Below, piece after piece: positions 24,701 to 39,700 of a stretch of 64,000 nucleotides of DNA (the stretch's first letter is position 1; each line of letters begins with the position of its first letter). The notes below the pieces were generated by a model. That model saw only the letters and a program-made list of their open reading frames with translations, did not search any database and was not told the DNA's origin. Made by a program: the position numbers and the translations under genes. Origin of the DNA: Octopus vulgaris (lineage: Eukaryota); assembly GCA_951406725.2 (NCBI GenBank), contig OX597814.1, forward strand, positions 20,646,001 to 20,710,000, given 5' to 3'.

Positions 24701-27700
24701 GAATTGGGCAAAGTGTCTAGTGTAGAGAATGAGTAGGTGAGGCAGATGAACAAATAAATTTAAAGAAGGGAACAGATCTGTCCAATTCAGAGGAACAGAG
24801 ATTGTTTTAGTAACAGTGAGTAGTATGACTGAATTATAACTATATCATAAGCTAGTTGTAGATAAAGGTTTATATATGTATCTTTTTGCACTCACGAGCA
24901 TGTACTTCATCCAAGATATGTGAGCAGAGTTCTAGAGTAGACTGTATTCATACTTTGTAGAAAGTTAGCAGCAATTTAAGTCTCAAGTATTTTCTGACTC
25001 TGAAGAAGAAAAGACCCCACTTTTGGTGTATTAAAAGCCTACCTTTTCAGTATTTGAACTGTATTTTATTTGAAAAATAAAAGGGTTTTAATGTTGTGGG
25101 TTTGCTTGTTTGAGATGTGCTGTCTCAGTGAGTTGTTATTTTTAAAAGGTGACTAAATTGTCAAGTACTTATAGTAGAAAGATAAAAAAACATTCCAAGA
25201 AAACACAAACCAAAATTCACATTCTCACCTGTCCTTTGTCAGTTTCAAATGAACAATACTGCCCCAAATTTTGCAGACAAGCATTTTGAATTGAAGGCAT
25301 TAAATTTACACTGTGTGCTCTTTGTCTCATAACACGCTTAATTTCATGTTTACATGCACGTGAAACCTGTTAAAAGAAAAGAAAAAATTATTACTATGGT
25401 ATCATTCTTAAGGAAATGTGAAGCAGGGCTCTCTTTCTGTACAAACACATTGCTAACTAGACATATGTTAATATGCTTTTCCTTAGCAAGCTTCATCTGC
25501 ATTATTTCAATGTTCATATTTTCATGCTTCCATAGGTCAGACAGAATTTGCTGACACTTTCCATGGCTGGATGCACTTCTGGTTGCTAGAACTCACCTGT
25601 TTCCAAGATAATTTCCCTCAATCAGATATGTTTTCACAGAAGATCAGAAACAACCATGTGATGTCAAAACAAGGAGAAACTGAACACACACTCATGATGA
25701 TGAGATTCTTTCAGTTTTCATCTAGCAAATCTACTCACAAGGTTTTGGTAGGCCCTGGACTATAACAGAAGCAATTAATGTTGAGGTGGAACACCAAGGT
25801 ACAAGCTTATATTAAATCATTTTTTACATAGTCAACATGGAATTCTATCCAGTTTTTTTGGGTAGAATATTTTCTCTTTGTAGCCAGCATTACTTGGGAA
25901 CAGAGGTTAAACTTGAGTCTGTAGGTATTTAATTATATTTATTTACAGTCATGAGTTGCCTGTGTTACATAAAATGTACTCATGCCAATGCCATGTAGAC
26001 AGCACCTGTGCCCATGCCACGTAAAAATACACCTGTCCCAGTAGCACATATACAAAAACATCCAGCACACTCTGTAAAGTAGTTGGCATTAGGAAGGGCA
26101 TCCAGTCATAGAAACCATGCCAAAACAGACAACTGGAATCTGGTCAGCTTTTGTCAAACCATCTAACCCATGTCAGCATGGAAAACGGACATTAAAAAAT
26201 GTTTTACATTGTGCAGACGATAGTAAGACTAGTAATATATTCTCTAATGTCAGTATTAAAATCTGAAGTCATTTCAAAAGTATTTAGAATAATTCCTCTT
26301 ATTTTAGTATCTAATGAACAACTATTCTATGGTACACAGATATGTTGAGGTTCTGTTCTAACTACAGGTTTGATTAAAGATATTAACTGATCAAAATGGA
26401 GATATTAACTGGCCAATCTTTTGTCCAAATTTAATTGTTCTCTGGATTATTCAATAACTCACATCTTTGTTATGTTTCATTGTTCATATCATCAGGGGCA
26501 TAGCTAGGGTGGGGCAAGCAAGGCACATGCCTTGGGGTCCACTTTGAAGGGGATGCGCAATTTTGGCCAAGATCACCTTCTAATTAAGCAATTAAAAAAA
26601 AAAATTAAAAGCTTTCCAGGCAAGGTTTGTTTTACTTATCGCCATCCACACCACTAAACAGAATAGTTGTTCTTACTTGTCCTCACAAAATGCATGCGCT
26701 GCTTTTTGGTGGTGGGGTGGAGGGACAATTCTGATGCTTGCCCTGGGCACCATTTACCCAAGTTACGCCTCTGCATATCGTTATTGTACAGAAATTTCTT
26801 CTGCTGGATGCCCCTTTTAACTTCAGTGTCTTCTACTATTGACTATTGTTTAACTTCTTTCATTGCTGTAAGCATGTCATTGAAAATATCAATATGCAGG
26901 CTGATGACACCAAGAAATTTTAATCTAATTTATATGAACTTCAAATGAAGATGAAGCATTTAAAACTTACCTGTTGCAATTCTGAGTCTCTTTTTATGAA
27001 ATTGTATAGACAAGGCAAGATGAGTGGACTATTGTTAGGACCTCTTGGATTATACCATTCTTTGTCTGCATGACACAGACTCACTGCATCTTTATGACAA
27101 TGGCTGTAAACTTGTTCATCAAGTCTGTAATAGAATTTATGATCATAATAAATTTTTTAAAAATTCATTTTCATTAAACTGAAAATATTTCTAAAATTGA
27201 AACTTTTCAGATATTCAGTTTCATCTTTTGTGTATTTGTCACAGTAATAATTTGTCTCAAAAATACAGTCAATTATAAGTTTTTAATTTTAATTTTATGT
27301 TTTAATTTTATTTTTTTTTGGCTCAAAAAGCAAAAGCAAGGCCATGTAGGGGGACATGGAGTTATGTACAGGGAGGGTGTTCATACAAAGAGTTCAGGCC
27401 ATTTCTGGTCAAGAGAGACTTTGAACCGAGCGGTCGTCGGCATCTTCACTATCTCGTCCAGCAGCTTATTCCACGGATCCGCAACCCGGACGGAGAAAGC
27501 CCCTCTCCTTCGACTGAGATGAAATCATCGCAGATAGAGCTTTTCAGAGTGACCCCGCAGCCCACACTCTGGAGCAAGAGTGAAGAACAGCTCTTTCGAG
27601 TGGTTACACTTTCCGCTTATGATGTTGTGAGCGAGAATGAGATCACCATGGTGGTGGCATTTATCAAGAGAATAAAGGTCGAGCGTCTTTAGCCTTTCTA

Positions 27701-30700
27701 CATGAGACAAATCCTTGAGACCAAGAACCATGCGGGTAGCCAGCTTCTGGACTCTTTCGAGATGATGTATGTCTTTGAGGAGATAAGGAGAAGAGGCTTG
27801 AATCCCATACTCCAATATGGGTCTCACCAGTATGACATAGAGCAGTAGGAATATGGCTGCTGTGAGCATTCTGAATGACTGTAGAATCAAAAACAGAATT
27901 CCGCGTGCTTTGTTGGCAGCAGCATGGACGCATTGGGCCAAAGGCGAAAAGGAAGAATCCACCAAGATACCCAGGTCCTTTTTAATTTCACCATGTCTGT
28001 AATTAATGTACTGAACATCCCACTAATCTCTGGTGTTTCTATTTACACAAGGTTTCAACTGGTGTTTAGCCCTTATAGATGTATTCTTGTCCAACTTTAC
28101 ATGATAAAATATTACAAACAAAATTTAACAGGTCATCAAAAATACTAAATTATTTCATTCAAAATCCAAACAAATATAGTAACTAACTAAAATACATTAG
28201 TAACAGCTTCTACTAAAAGTATAAGACCAGAAATTTGGGTGAGGATAACAGTTAATTATATTAATCTCAGTACTTGACTGATATTTTATTACCCCCAGAA
28301 GAAATGACAGGTAAAAATCAATCATGGCAGGATTTGAACTCACAATTAATTTCATAAGGTATTTTGGTCAAGGTTCTAATGATTCTGCCATTCCAAATAA
28401 TACAGTAAACTTTGAAGATCATGTAGTTGAAAAAAGAACAATAATTTTGATGTAGCTGAGTTTTAAGACAAGGATAGAGGATTATTACTATTATTACCTT
28501 CAGGTGCTAACAGAATAATAAGTTGTAGTCAAAATGAATAAAGCTTTGTCACAATAATAGCATGGTCTTCTATTTCAATTGTACCATATTCCAATGCAAG
28601 ATGAAGATTGACTCAATCACAGAGAAAAGTGCAAAACAGATATCAATCAAGAATCAAAACAGCACCAAAACCAGAGCGTTCCTAGGTCATCAGCATAGGA
28701 TAAAAGGTTTCAACAAACCTTTAAAAAGATAGTTGCAATTTATAGTCCATAATTTATCAAAATAAATTCCAAAATGCAAAACAAAATTGTTTTCTTACCT
28801 AAAATCTCTTGATATGAAATATTGAATTTCAATCAAACGCTCTTCACATTCATCAGTCATTTTATCTGTTCCAAGTTTCTCCATCAGACAACTCATAATT
28901 CTTAAATAATAGAAAATGACAAGTTTATTATACTATTAATTTTAAAATGATAAAATATTTATAGAAACACTTTCCTTTAATTTGTACTGAAAGCAATTAT
29001 TTATTGCTTGCATAGCATTATTCAAAATATTTTAAAAGATTTTTTTTTTAATGTAAAATATGGGAAAAACATACCAAATAGTAACACAAAAACTCAAATT
29101 CATAATGACTAAAGAATCTTTTTTGAATAGTATGTGTCAATAAAAAGCTTTAGTTAAAGATCAGACTAACCTTGCATCACCTGGCTGGATACTTCTGCAT
29201 GCAACATCAACAACAGGTTGACATGCTTTTTGTAAAGCACGGTCAATACGGAAATCTTGTCCAACATCAGCCTCATGCAAAAGGTTAGTTAACTGAAATA
29301 TAATAAAAGAATTCATGCTATATTTTGACAATGCTTGAAATATAATTAATGGAAAAGTATTTCATAAACTCTGCACAGATACTGCCAGTACAAAGGTGAT
29401 TTTTCATCTTAACAATTCTACTGCAATTACACAGATCAACACTATTTTAATGTCTTACAGTATAATGTTACTTTTCAGCCAATTATACCAATGGTTCTCA
29501 ATAATTTTTTGCCTATAGACCCCTTAGATTCCTATTTTACTCTCTTGGACCTCCATGGCCATTCAATGAATATAATAAAAAAAATCCTAATGTATTTTTA
29601 TAATTAAATATTACTAGACTGCCTGTGATCTATTGGGTCACTGATGATTCACGTTATAAAACATTGAAGCTGATTTCAACATTGCATTGAAATGAAAGTT
29701 AATTTTATGATGATTCAGTTAAATATTTCAATTCTTTCATGTCATCATAGGTCTAGTTTACAAGTTCATGTTTAAGGTTTTATTGATTATTTACAGCATC
29801 TAATAGAAATTCCAGGATAAACATGAACTCCAGTAACAGCATTTATTTATGGTATGTGTGCACACTTCTACAAAAATGCAAATGGAATTGTTACATAACA
29901 TAAACATAGAATTAAAGGAAACAATTTTCTCATTTCAGGGTTATGTTACTTTCAGAATATTTTCCCATTATGCATCATTTTGGCTATTTATGAAGGTACC
30001 CCAAAAAACCCCACCTATCTTGGGAATCCGTGGTCCGAATTATGTGAAACTTGTTTTATTCTGTTTGTATTCACATTTCAGATGTACTTTACATTTAGAG
30101 TAATTTCCTATTATATGTCAGTTTGGCTGTATTAAATTACAGACAAGCATGCACGCAAGCAAGCACACAAACAAAAAACTGGAATAACTACATGTTAACC
30201 CCCTCCTGACTTTGTTGCCTCATAACTTCCAGAAAGACGGATACTTTTCAACAAATACCACTTAGATGATGAGTATATAGGGATTTATGGAAAAGAATTT
30301 TTTCAAGGAGGTAGGGAGAGGAGTTTTGGAAACTTTACACAATCTGACTTTTTCGATTCATAACTTTTAGGAAAACGGATATCTTTTAATTAAATTTTAT
30401 ACAAATACCTTCCAAATGGCATAGATTAAGATTAAGAAACTTGTGGCGAAAATTTTTTCTGAGCGGGGTGGGGAGAGGAGTTTCATAAAACGGAATTTCA
30501 GATCAGGAAGACTAAATAGGTTGGAACTACTGTTTTGAAGGGGAGTTTTTCCCCATTTTTTAAATTAAACCACAGCTTTGGAAATGATGTGGGCTGGGAA
30601 TATCTTTTTATGTAAAAAAAAGTTTTAAAAAATTTTTCCCCATAGATACATTTATATGTTATATAAACAAAAAAAATTGAAAAATTATGATTTTTTTGCA

Positions 30701-33700
30701 ACCCCACTCCCTTCCCCTGACTGTTTCTGTTTATAAATTAAAATATTGGGTAGCCTGAGAAGGTCATTGCTGGCATTTATCCACATGGTATGCAAACGAT
30801 AATTCATTTTAATAGCATACTTTTCTGTTAGAAAATGTTTCTTCTTACATGCACACACGGCTTTGCTTGATTGAGGTGGGGGTAAAAACTAAAATTACAA
30901 TTTTTTTTTTGTTGCTTATATTCTATCAACGGACTGCGCGTGTGTTACTTTGGCATCATCATTCCATAAAATGTTTAATGAGAAAAAAATATTGAGAAAA
31001 CACCTATACATGTGAGGGTGAAAATGGAGGGTGGTTTGGGGTGTGCTAGAAACAACAGCCAAATCTCCTTTGAATCGTATAGCTTTGCCTCTGAAATTTT
31101 TTTATTTTATTTTATTTATGTTTTTTTTTTGTTGCCGAAAAGGCTCCTCCCATAATTTTGAAGTTTAAAAAAAATTAGCCAAAATTGGTCATGAGTGGGA
31201 TATGCCCCACGTCATTTTGAAGGCTGTGGTGAAATAAAAAATGGGAAAAATTCTGATCCAAAACTCCTCTCCTCACCCCCTTGGAAAAAATTTTCCCAAC
31301 AAATTTCTATATAATCATAATCTATGTTGTTTGAAAGGTATTTGTATAAGATTTCATTAAAAAAAATCCATTTTCCTGAAAGTTATGAAGGAAAAATGTC
31401 AGATCATATAAGTTTTCCGAAACTCCTCCCCCAACCTACTTGGAAAAATTGTAAACGGTATTTGTTAAAAATTTTGTTAGAAAGTATGCATTTTTGGGGA
31501 AGCTATGAGGCAACAAAGTCGGTGTAGGGTACACATCTGTAGTTATGCCAACAAAAAACTATCCCCGTGTTCACAGGCAAGGGCTATAACTACAGGTTTT
31601 ACAACTTAAATTTATGGGAACAAATCCCAAAAAGAAAGTGTATCTCGGAAACCAGTAGCCTGATTTACATGAAACTTGTCTTATTCCATTTGTATTCACA
31701 TTTCAGGGGTATCTTACTTTCAGAGTATTTTCCCATTATGTGCTGGTTTGGCTGTATTAAATGACAGACAAACCAGTAAGTAAGCAATCACAGATTTTAG
31801 TAGTATATAGACAGATTAGGAATTGTATTAAAAAACTAACATATTTTGTGTATTGTAGAAGTATAAGCAATTTATTGCACATAAATCTTAACAACAAAAT
31901 CTTGTATGGACTCTGGTCAAGAACCACTGATTTCTACAATGCATGCACAACATCATTGACATCCCCCTTGCATACATCAGATGATGTCTTTTTATTGGCT
32001 AACCACTTTCTCAGCTGATTTGTACTTTATCATCATAGATTATCATTATACATCCCACAAATCTAACTTGCCAAACTTTTCTCTAGATTCTACAGATCTT
32101 TCACACTCAAACTTCTGTAGAGGTATTTTACAGCATCAAGTTTCATACAGTTTGTCTTCCAGACAATGAGGTAAACTCTTTTTACTAACAAAAAACACTA
32201 CTTGCTAAATTTTTCCACTCCTTCTTTACTCTAGAAACATTGGCTTCACCAAAGCCCTCCTTTGAGTTTTTAATAATTTTAGTTCTAGACTCTTGTACTG
32301 AAGTCATACACTAACTACTTTTTGTGGATACTATTTACAAGCTTGCTACTATTTATTTGCATTCATATAATAAAGTATTTTGGCTGAAACAAATACCAGT
32401 CATCGTTGCTAATGATGGAACCATAGTTATCACAGCAATGTACTACTACAATCTCCTCTGAACAAACTGACCAACTACTTTTCAATAACCACAACTGACT
32501 GACTGCAATATATACATCTAATATACATTACAATCAGCTGACAAAGAACTGTATGTTTTGTACATGTGGGAAATGTATATATGAATTCATGAGATTATTT
32601 TACAATGAAATACAAATTTAGAAATTGATTTGCTTATACAGATTTGCTTCCATGCATAATATTAATGTATATTTGTTTAGAATGCCAATATTTATAGACT
32701 GCGTATTGATATTACCAAGCTAACCTATATACTTGCATTGGTTTTGTGTGTCAGTGTGTACAGCTAATTGCTCAACTGACAAAGTAAGGTTTGGAAGATA
32801 AATCACACATTTTTTAGCAGCCTTTTTTTATAGTGAAATAAATTGCCACTTATCTGTCTAGCAAACTGGCTAAACAGTTCATGGACACCATTTCACTGAA
32901 GTTTCTAAGTATCACTGCATATGTAACAGACTTGAAATCCTAGTTGACAATCTGAGACAAAACAATACTATGTATTATGAACACAGTATATTAGGATTCT
33001 TCCTACTTACTGTACAAGACAACTTCTCATCCAATACTGGAGTTTTATGTTCCTTATTAATTAGAATTTTGTCATACTGATCTCTACATCAATATAACAA
33101 ACAAAATACTAATTATGTACTCTAGATCATGGATATTTCCCTGTAGTTATGTTAACCATAACTTTGATGGAACATAACAAAATTAATTCTTAAAAATAAA
33201 GCTTGATGCTTCTACACCAAAGAAGACAGAGACGTTTTTATGATATACAAAAAGAATAAAACTTATTAAGAATTTTTCAAAAAATATCGGAATCTAAATA
33301 GATAGAAAATACTTGAAGAGGACATTGTGCTATGAATTTTTTTTAAAGAAAAGATGAAAATGTTCACTTGTATGAAAATTTGAGCAGTTTATTTGCCTAC
33401 TCTTAGTGTTAAAAATTCATATAAACATACATAAATTGGTATAAATAATGAAATACTAATCTCCCAATCTGCTCCTTACCACAGATACTCCCCTTCAAAA
33501 AGACAGAGCTCAAAACAATAAACATCTTACAAGAACTTTAGATATAACAAAGAATTAATATGAATTTTGTAAAATTTAAGATAATCAAATAAGAAAACAT
33601 AAAAAAACAAATAGTTAAAATGTTACCTGAGTTTCACATTCTTGACTAATATGTTTTTTTAATTTAAGGGTACCCTTGAAATGGACTGGTCGTGATAATT

Positions 33701-36700
33701 CCATTAAACAATGTAATGTTTTCCCTTCTTTACTGCTGCCTCCACTACAATACTGGCGAATTTCAACATCACAATTTATCACGATTTCAGGAGTAATCTG
33801 AAAATCTTCCATTATTGCTTTTCTCATATCATCAACTTCTGCTGTACATTCTGATGAAATTGGCATACCTGTTTGACAAATAAAATGAAAAGGACTTCAT
33901 TTGCCAATTTAAATAAAATAATTTCAAAGGATAAAGTTGTCAATATTATTAAAATGAACAAAGTTTCTGCATCAAAACTTATGAAAGAGATTATTTTGGT
34001 CTAAACAAGATTTTTGTGTAAATGAATTTGTAAAAAAAGATCAAAATATCCCAAATAAAATTCATAAAAAGAACATTTCCCAATACATAATTTAAATGAT
34101 TAACCCCCATAAACTCTTTACGAAGAGTGACAGTCTGAACATAAATTACATTTTTACTGGTTCCATTAAGATGTAAACATTTATTGAATGATTTAAAGTT
34201 TAACGAGAATTATTACCCTTTAAAGAGTGACCTCTCATGCAAGAACTAAAACCAATATTGATTTACACTAGTATAAACAGACAAAAGCCAACAAGAGTGC
34301 TTTTAATCTACCAACTACAAGAAACAGCTGCCAAATCTCCATCAAATCACACTCCACTACCATATAAGAATAAAAAGGGACATATAGAATGGGGTCCTGG
34401 TTTCCCTGTACATAAAAAAGGGATGGATCCAGGTAAATTGCCTTTGGCCATAGATCAGTTCAATGAGGTTTGATAAACACACCATCTACTTAATATTGTT
34501 TTTTTAAAATTTTTCCATGTTTGTATGGTTTAAACAGGCTTCCTCTCATATTGTATCTGGTACAATTTGTAAGCCATTGGTAACCTAATCGAGCAATGAC
34601 AATGCAGAGCTTAGGTGCCACTTTAAAAAAATTAAAATGTAACCAGTACACTCTGTAAAGTGACTGATGTTAAAGTAACAGCAGCCAAAGAAACCATGCC
34701 AAAGTGAAACATTGGAGCACAACATGGTCCTCTAACCCAGCATGGAAAATGGATGGAAAGTGATGCTGATTAAACCTTACACTCACTAACACAAGACAAA
34801 AAGAGCAGCAAGGCAGTTGATTAGTAAGGATGCTACTAGTCGCTTATGCATTTTTTCACCTCTTTCAGATCAATGCTTGTAAGGTTCAATATCTGAATGA
34901 AATTTGTTTTGCACATATGCATGTGTGTCTGTGTGAACGTATTAGACAGGGATTACTGATAAATTTGTGGGTTGAATAAATATCTTATAAATCTACTTGT
35001 CGTTGCATTACTTGGCCCATCAGTAATACTTTCACATAATTAGAGAAAAAGAAGAAGGAACAGAGGGCGAGAGAAAAAGTGGGAGGGAGGAAAAAGCATC
35101 TATGACATGAGGTAGAGGGAATGTAATTGTAATGCTGTTGAATGGAAAGAGAGAAAGAAAAAGGTGAGAGAAAAAGAGGATAAGGCGAAGAGTAAGGCAG
35201 AAAGGACAAAGAAAGAAAACGACAGAGATAGAACGAGAGAGAGAGAGAGAGAATCAGTCATGATGTGAGGTAGAGAGAAAATAATGATTTTAGCAGAGGG
35301 GTGATGTTCTGTTGATGAGGTTAAAGACAGGCAGAGGGGGAGAGAGAGAGAGAGATGATGATGATGATGAAGGTAATGATAATGAAAAATGTATTTTTTT
35401 TTAATTGAACCAAGTATTTTTCATATCACCTATACAATTTAATTAAAAGTTGTACCATATGTACAGATATTTTTTTCTGTTTATGGGGAAAATGGAAAAA
35501 TAAGACGGAATACTTATTTTATGAGTGCTGTGTATCAAGTCTATAAAATTGTGCATAAAGTATATAAAGTGCATTAAGTAATCTTCGTATTCCAATTTCT
35601 TTCACTTCTCACCGAATAGCAGATGAGCGACTATCTGTTGATACAAACACAACACAGTCTACGCTTTCAGGTTTTTTGGATAAAGTTTTCAGAAATAGCT
35701 CAATAAATTTACCATTAATTCTGTGAAGTATTCATTGGTCCCACTAGTTTAGTAATTATTTCATCTGAGCTACTTTATTTTTACACTCAAGTATACTTAG
35801 CCATTCAATAGATATTGATAAAATAGTACTAAATAAAGAACTGGGATTAATATAATTACCTAAAATTATTGAAAGTTTTAGTTTTTGGACTGTGGTTTTG
35901 AAGGTAGTTCTTCACTTCATGGCCTCATACCAAAAACTAAAACCAATTCAAGAACAAAAATTATAATAAAAATTAAATCACATTACTCTAATGGATAAAG
36001 TGGAGATTAGAGAAAGAAAATTTGGAGTATAGATAGACATACAAATGCCTGTTAACTAATTCTTAGACCAAATTCAAAGAGTAATTTATTGACAGAGTTT
36101 GTCCAAGACACTCTCAGGCAATCATCATCATCATCATTTCATGTCTATTTTCCATGCAGGCATGGGTTGGACAGTTTGACTAGAGCTGCACAGGTTCCAG
36201 TCATCTGTTTTGGTTTAGTTTCTATGGTTTAATGTCCTTCCTAATACCAACCACTTTACAGAGTGCACTGGGTGGTTTTTACTTGGCACCAGCACAAGTG
36301 CTTCTTAATTAGCATTAGTACAGGTGCTTTTTACATGACACCAGCACTGACAAAGTCACTGAGTAATAGTGACCTTGAGTAACAGTAAGACAAACATCTG
36401 TTCAGCTGGTAGAGGAGCATTAATCAAGTGGCTTATCTGCTGTGGTAGGCAGGTATTCTGTACACCAAGGCACCAGATATCTGTCCTTGTCATCTTCATA
36501 AGGCCCAGTGTCTTGAGACTGGCCTTCAGTAATTCATCCCATGTCTTCCTGGGTCTCCCTCTTCCACAAGTTCTTTATGCAACTGTCTATATTCACAAGC
36601 ATCACATGACCAAACTAGTACAGTCTTCTCTCTGGCACACTGCATCTAATTCCTCTTATGCCAAACTTTTCTCTCAATACACTAGCGCTCTGTCACAGAT

Positions 36701-39700
36701 GTACACTGACATTGCACGTTCAGCAGTGCATACTAGCTTCATTTCTCCTCTAACCTTCACATGTCCTCTGCATTCAGGGCCCATATCTCACTACCATGTA
36801 ATATTACTGTTTGTATACATGCATCATATAATTTCCCTTTCACTTGGAGAGGGAGACCTTTGATTGACAATAGAAGCACTCTGAATTGTCTCCATCTTAT
36901 TCTTTACTAATATCTATGGCAATTACTGATATAGATTCCCTACTGCATGGAACCATTTCAACAAATATAATGGGGAAAAAAAATGAAAAAACATGTTTAG
37001 GCAGATGTCAAAACTTAAACTACAGTTAGAAAGATTATTTAAATGATCTTTTCTTTCAATTATTATAACTTTGTCACTACAATAGTTTTAAAATTAATGG
37101 GAGACTAAATCACTAATCCAGTTCAACCTAACCTATAAATGCAAGAATTATTTCTGCCAGATGTTCTGCAGCTGAATGGTTTTTAAAACAACTGTAATTG
37201 AAGAAGAAAGGATTAGAAAGATGAAGTACATAATACACTGTGTCTAATAAAATTTGAGCATTTGACAAATCTGAAACTCATTCTTTAAAATGTAAATAAC
37301 CTTTTTTCATATTATTCTCCAAACACAGCATCACTGAAGCCCTTTGCACCACTGCAGAGCCTTTAGAATCTTTCAAGCAAGAATACTGCTCAATGTCATT
37401 ATGGCAAGCAGCAAAAAATCCTTTCTCAATTTTAATATCCTCTGCAATAAGTTGTTGACGTAACACAAGCTTTTGTCGGCACTAAAATGAAAATAATAGT
37501 TTTCAATTAGAATAGGATTTGAAACATGTTAAGACTTTACACAAAACGATTTTACCATATTTTATTCAACAAGATCGGTTCATATCCCTGATATATTGTT
37601 AGCGCTAGTTAAAAGATTTATTGAATTGAATTCTTGATTACACACCTTCATACAAATATTATCTACCTAATAGGAAATTAATATTCAGTTATTCTATTCC
37701 CTTTTGCCATGCTGACATGAGTTGGACAGATACTTATTTGAGATGACATTTTACACTGGATGTCCTTCCTGTTACCAATCCTTACCTGTTTTACAAGGGA
37801 TTTCTATTTTCTACAAGAAATACATGGTGTATTATTTACAGTGAATGTAAACACATCACTGTTTTTTTACTCAGGTTTCTAATGTGACATAGAATATCCA
37901 TATGGCATTCACACACACGTACATGATAAGCATGCTTATAGTTATCTAATAATTACACAAAGCACTGGTCAACCTGAGGCAACAACAGAAGACACTTGCT
38001 CAAAGTAATATGCAGTGGGTAACAACCCCAAATCATTTGATTATGAAGTGATCTCCATATCCACAAAGCCATGCCCTTGCTTAAAATACCAAGGTTCTGC
38101 CTTGATTGTAAATTGTTGTAAACATGTTTTTTTTTAAGATAATAAAGAGTTATCTAGTAACTTTTACTTTTGAGAGTACTTCTGGTTATCAAGTTGTAAC
38201 ACAAATGGATTTGAATAGAATTTAATAAAACTAAAGCTCCATAATTTTAGAGAAAATTCTTAATCCTGTGAGTTGATGAAGATCTCTCAGAATCTAAACC
38301 TATTGACTTGATTGTTTGGGGAGTTTTTTAACCCTATGCCGACAACTATCACCTATCTACATACATCCTACATTGCTCTCCTTAAATTCCTTATCAACTT
38401 TCAGACATCAAGTATTCTCCACATGCAAAACTCAGTATTCATATCAAGATGAATTGGGTCATCCCATAAATAATGCAGTTTTTTATATACTTTTTTTATT
38501 TTTCAAAATTAAGATGAAGTTTTTTTTAAAATCTATCTGGTAGATCTCTCTTCCAAAATTCACTTGTGTGTGACAAAAAATACTCCTCCAGTACTGTTCT
38601 GACCTTGTCTACATAATTCATATTTTTTCCGTCTAAATGATTTCGAAAACTGCAAAATAAATGATAATCAGATGGGGCAATGTCTAACAAACATGGTGGG
38701 TGGGGCATCATTTCCCATTCAAACTGCTCCACCCTTTGGAATGTCATCTGAGCATTATCCTAATGGAAGAACACCTTTCGTCTTGAAACCAAGGATGGTC
38801 ATTTTTCTTCTAGCGCTCACTTAAGCTGCTCGAGGTGCTCACAGTAGATCTCCTTTGTTATTGTTTGGTTTGGGTTTAAAAGTTCAAAGTTGACTAAATC
38901 TTTCATATCCCACCAAACAGATAACAACACCTTATGAGGGTGAAAACGGTCTTTAGCCTGGAGTGCCGGTGTTTCTCCTTTCCCTACCCACTGTCTTTGA
39001 TGCTTGACATTTCTATAGAGAACCCATTTCTCATAACCAGTCACTATTTGCTCCAAAAAAGGTTTATTCATGAGATGTGGCAACAAAAAAGAGCACACAT
39101 TCACTCTCTGTGCATGCGATTAGGCTTGAAAAGTTTGTAAGGAACCCATTGACCCAATTTGCTGACTTTTCTGATGGGACACAGATGTCAATGAGTGGTT
39201 GAATGACCAAAATCGAAGCTTTTCTGCTAGTTTCTCAATAGTTACAATGAGATTTTGTTCTACCAAGGTTTGCAGGATGTCCTCCACAAATCTTCCAAGA
39301 CAAGTCTGTAGTTTCTGGCTTAGAATTTCTGGAACATCATTGACACTGGCTTACGCTTATTGTCCAACCCCCATATACTGCATTAATATTCCTCACTTTC
39401 TGCTGTGTTGTTGCCTTTATTGAACTCATAAAGCAAAATATGCTGAATATGCTCCTTTGTCACTTCCATTATAGCTTTGAAAAAAATAACTTAAAATCGA
39501 ACTGCACTCTTCAAAACTTGCACTAAGAATAAGGATACGGTAAAATTACTATCTGCTTTTATAGCAAGTTGATGCAGGTAGTTTAACCCATCCACCTCTG
39601 ACTTTTAGTCCATGCAATTGAAAAAACTGCATTATTTATGGTACACCCCAATAGTACTCAATCAAAGTTGACCAAAGAGTTCACAATAAAAATAAATCTT

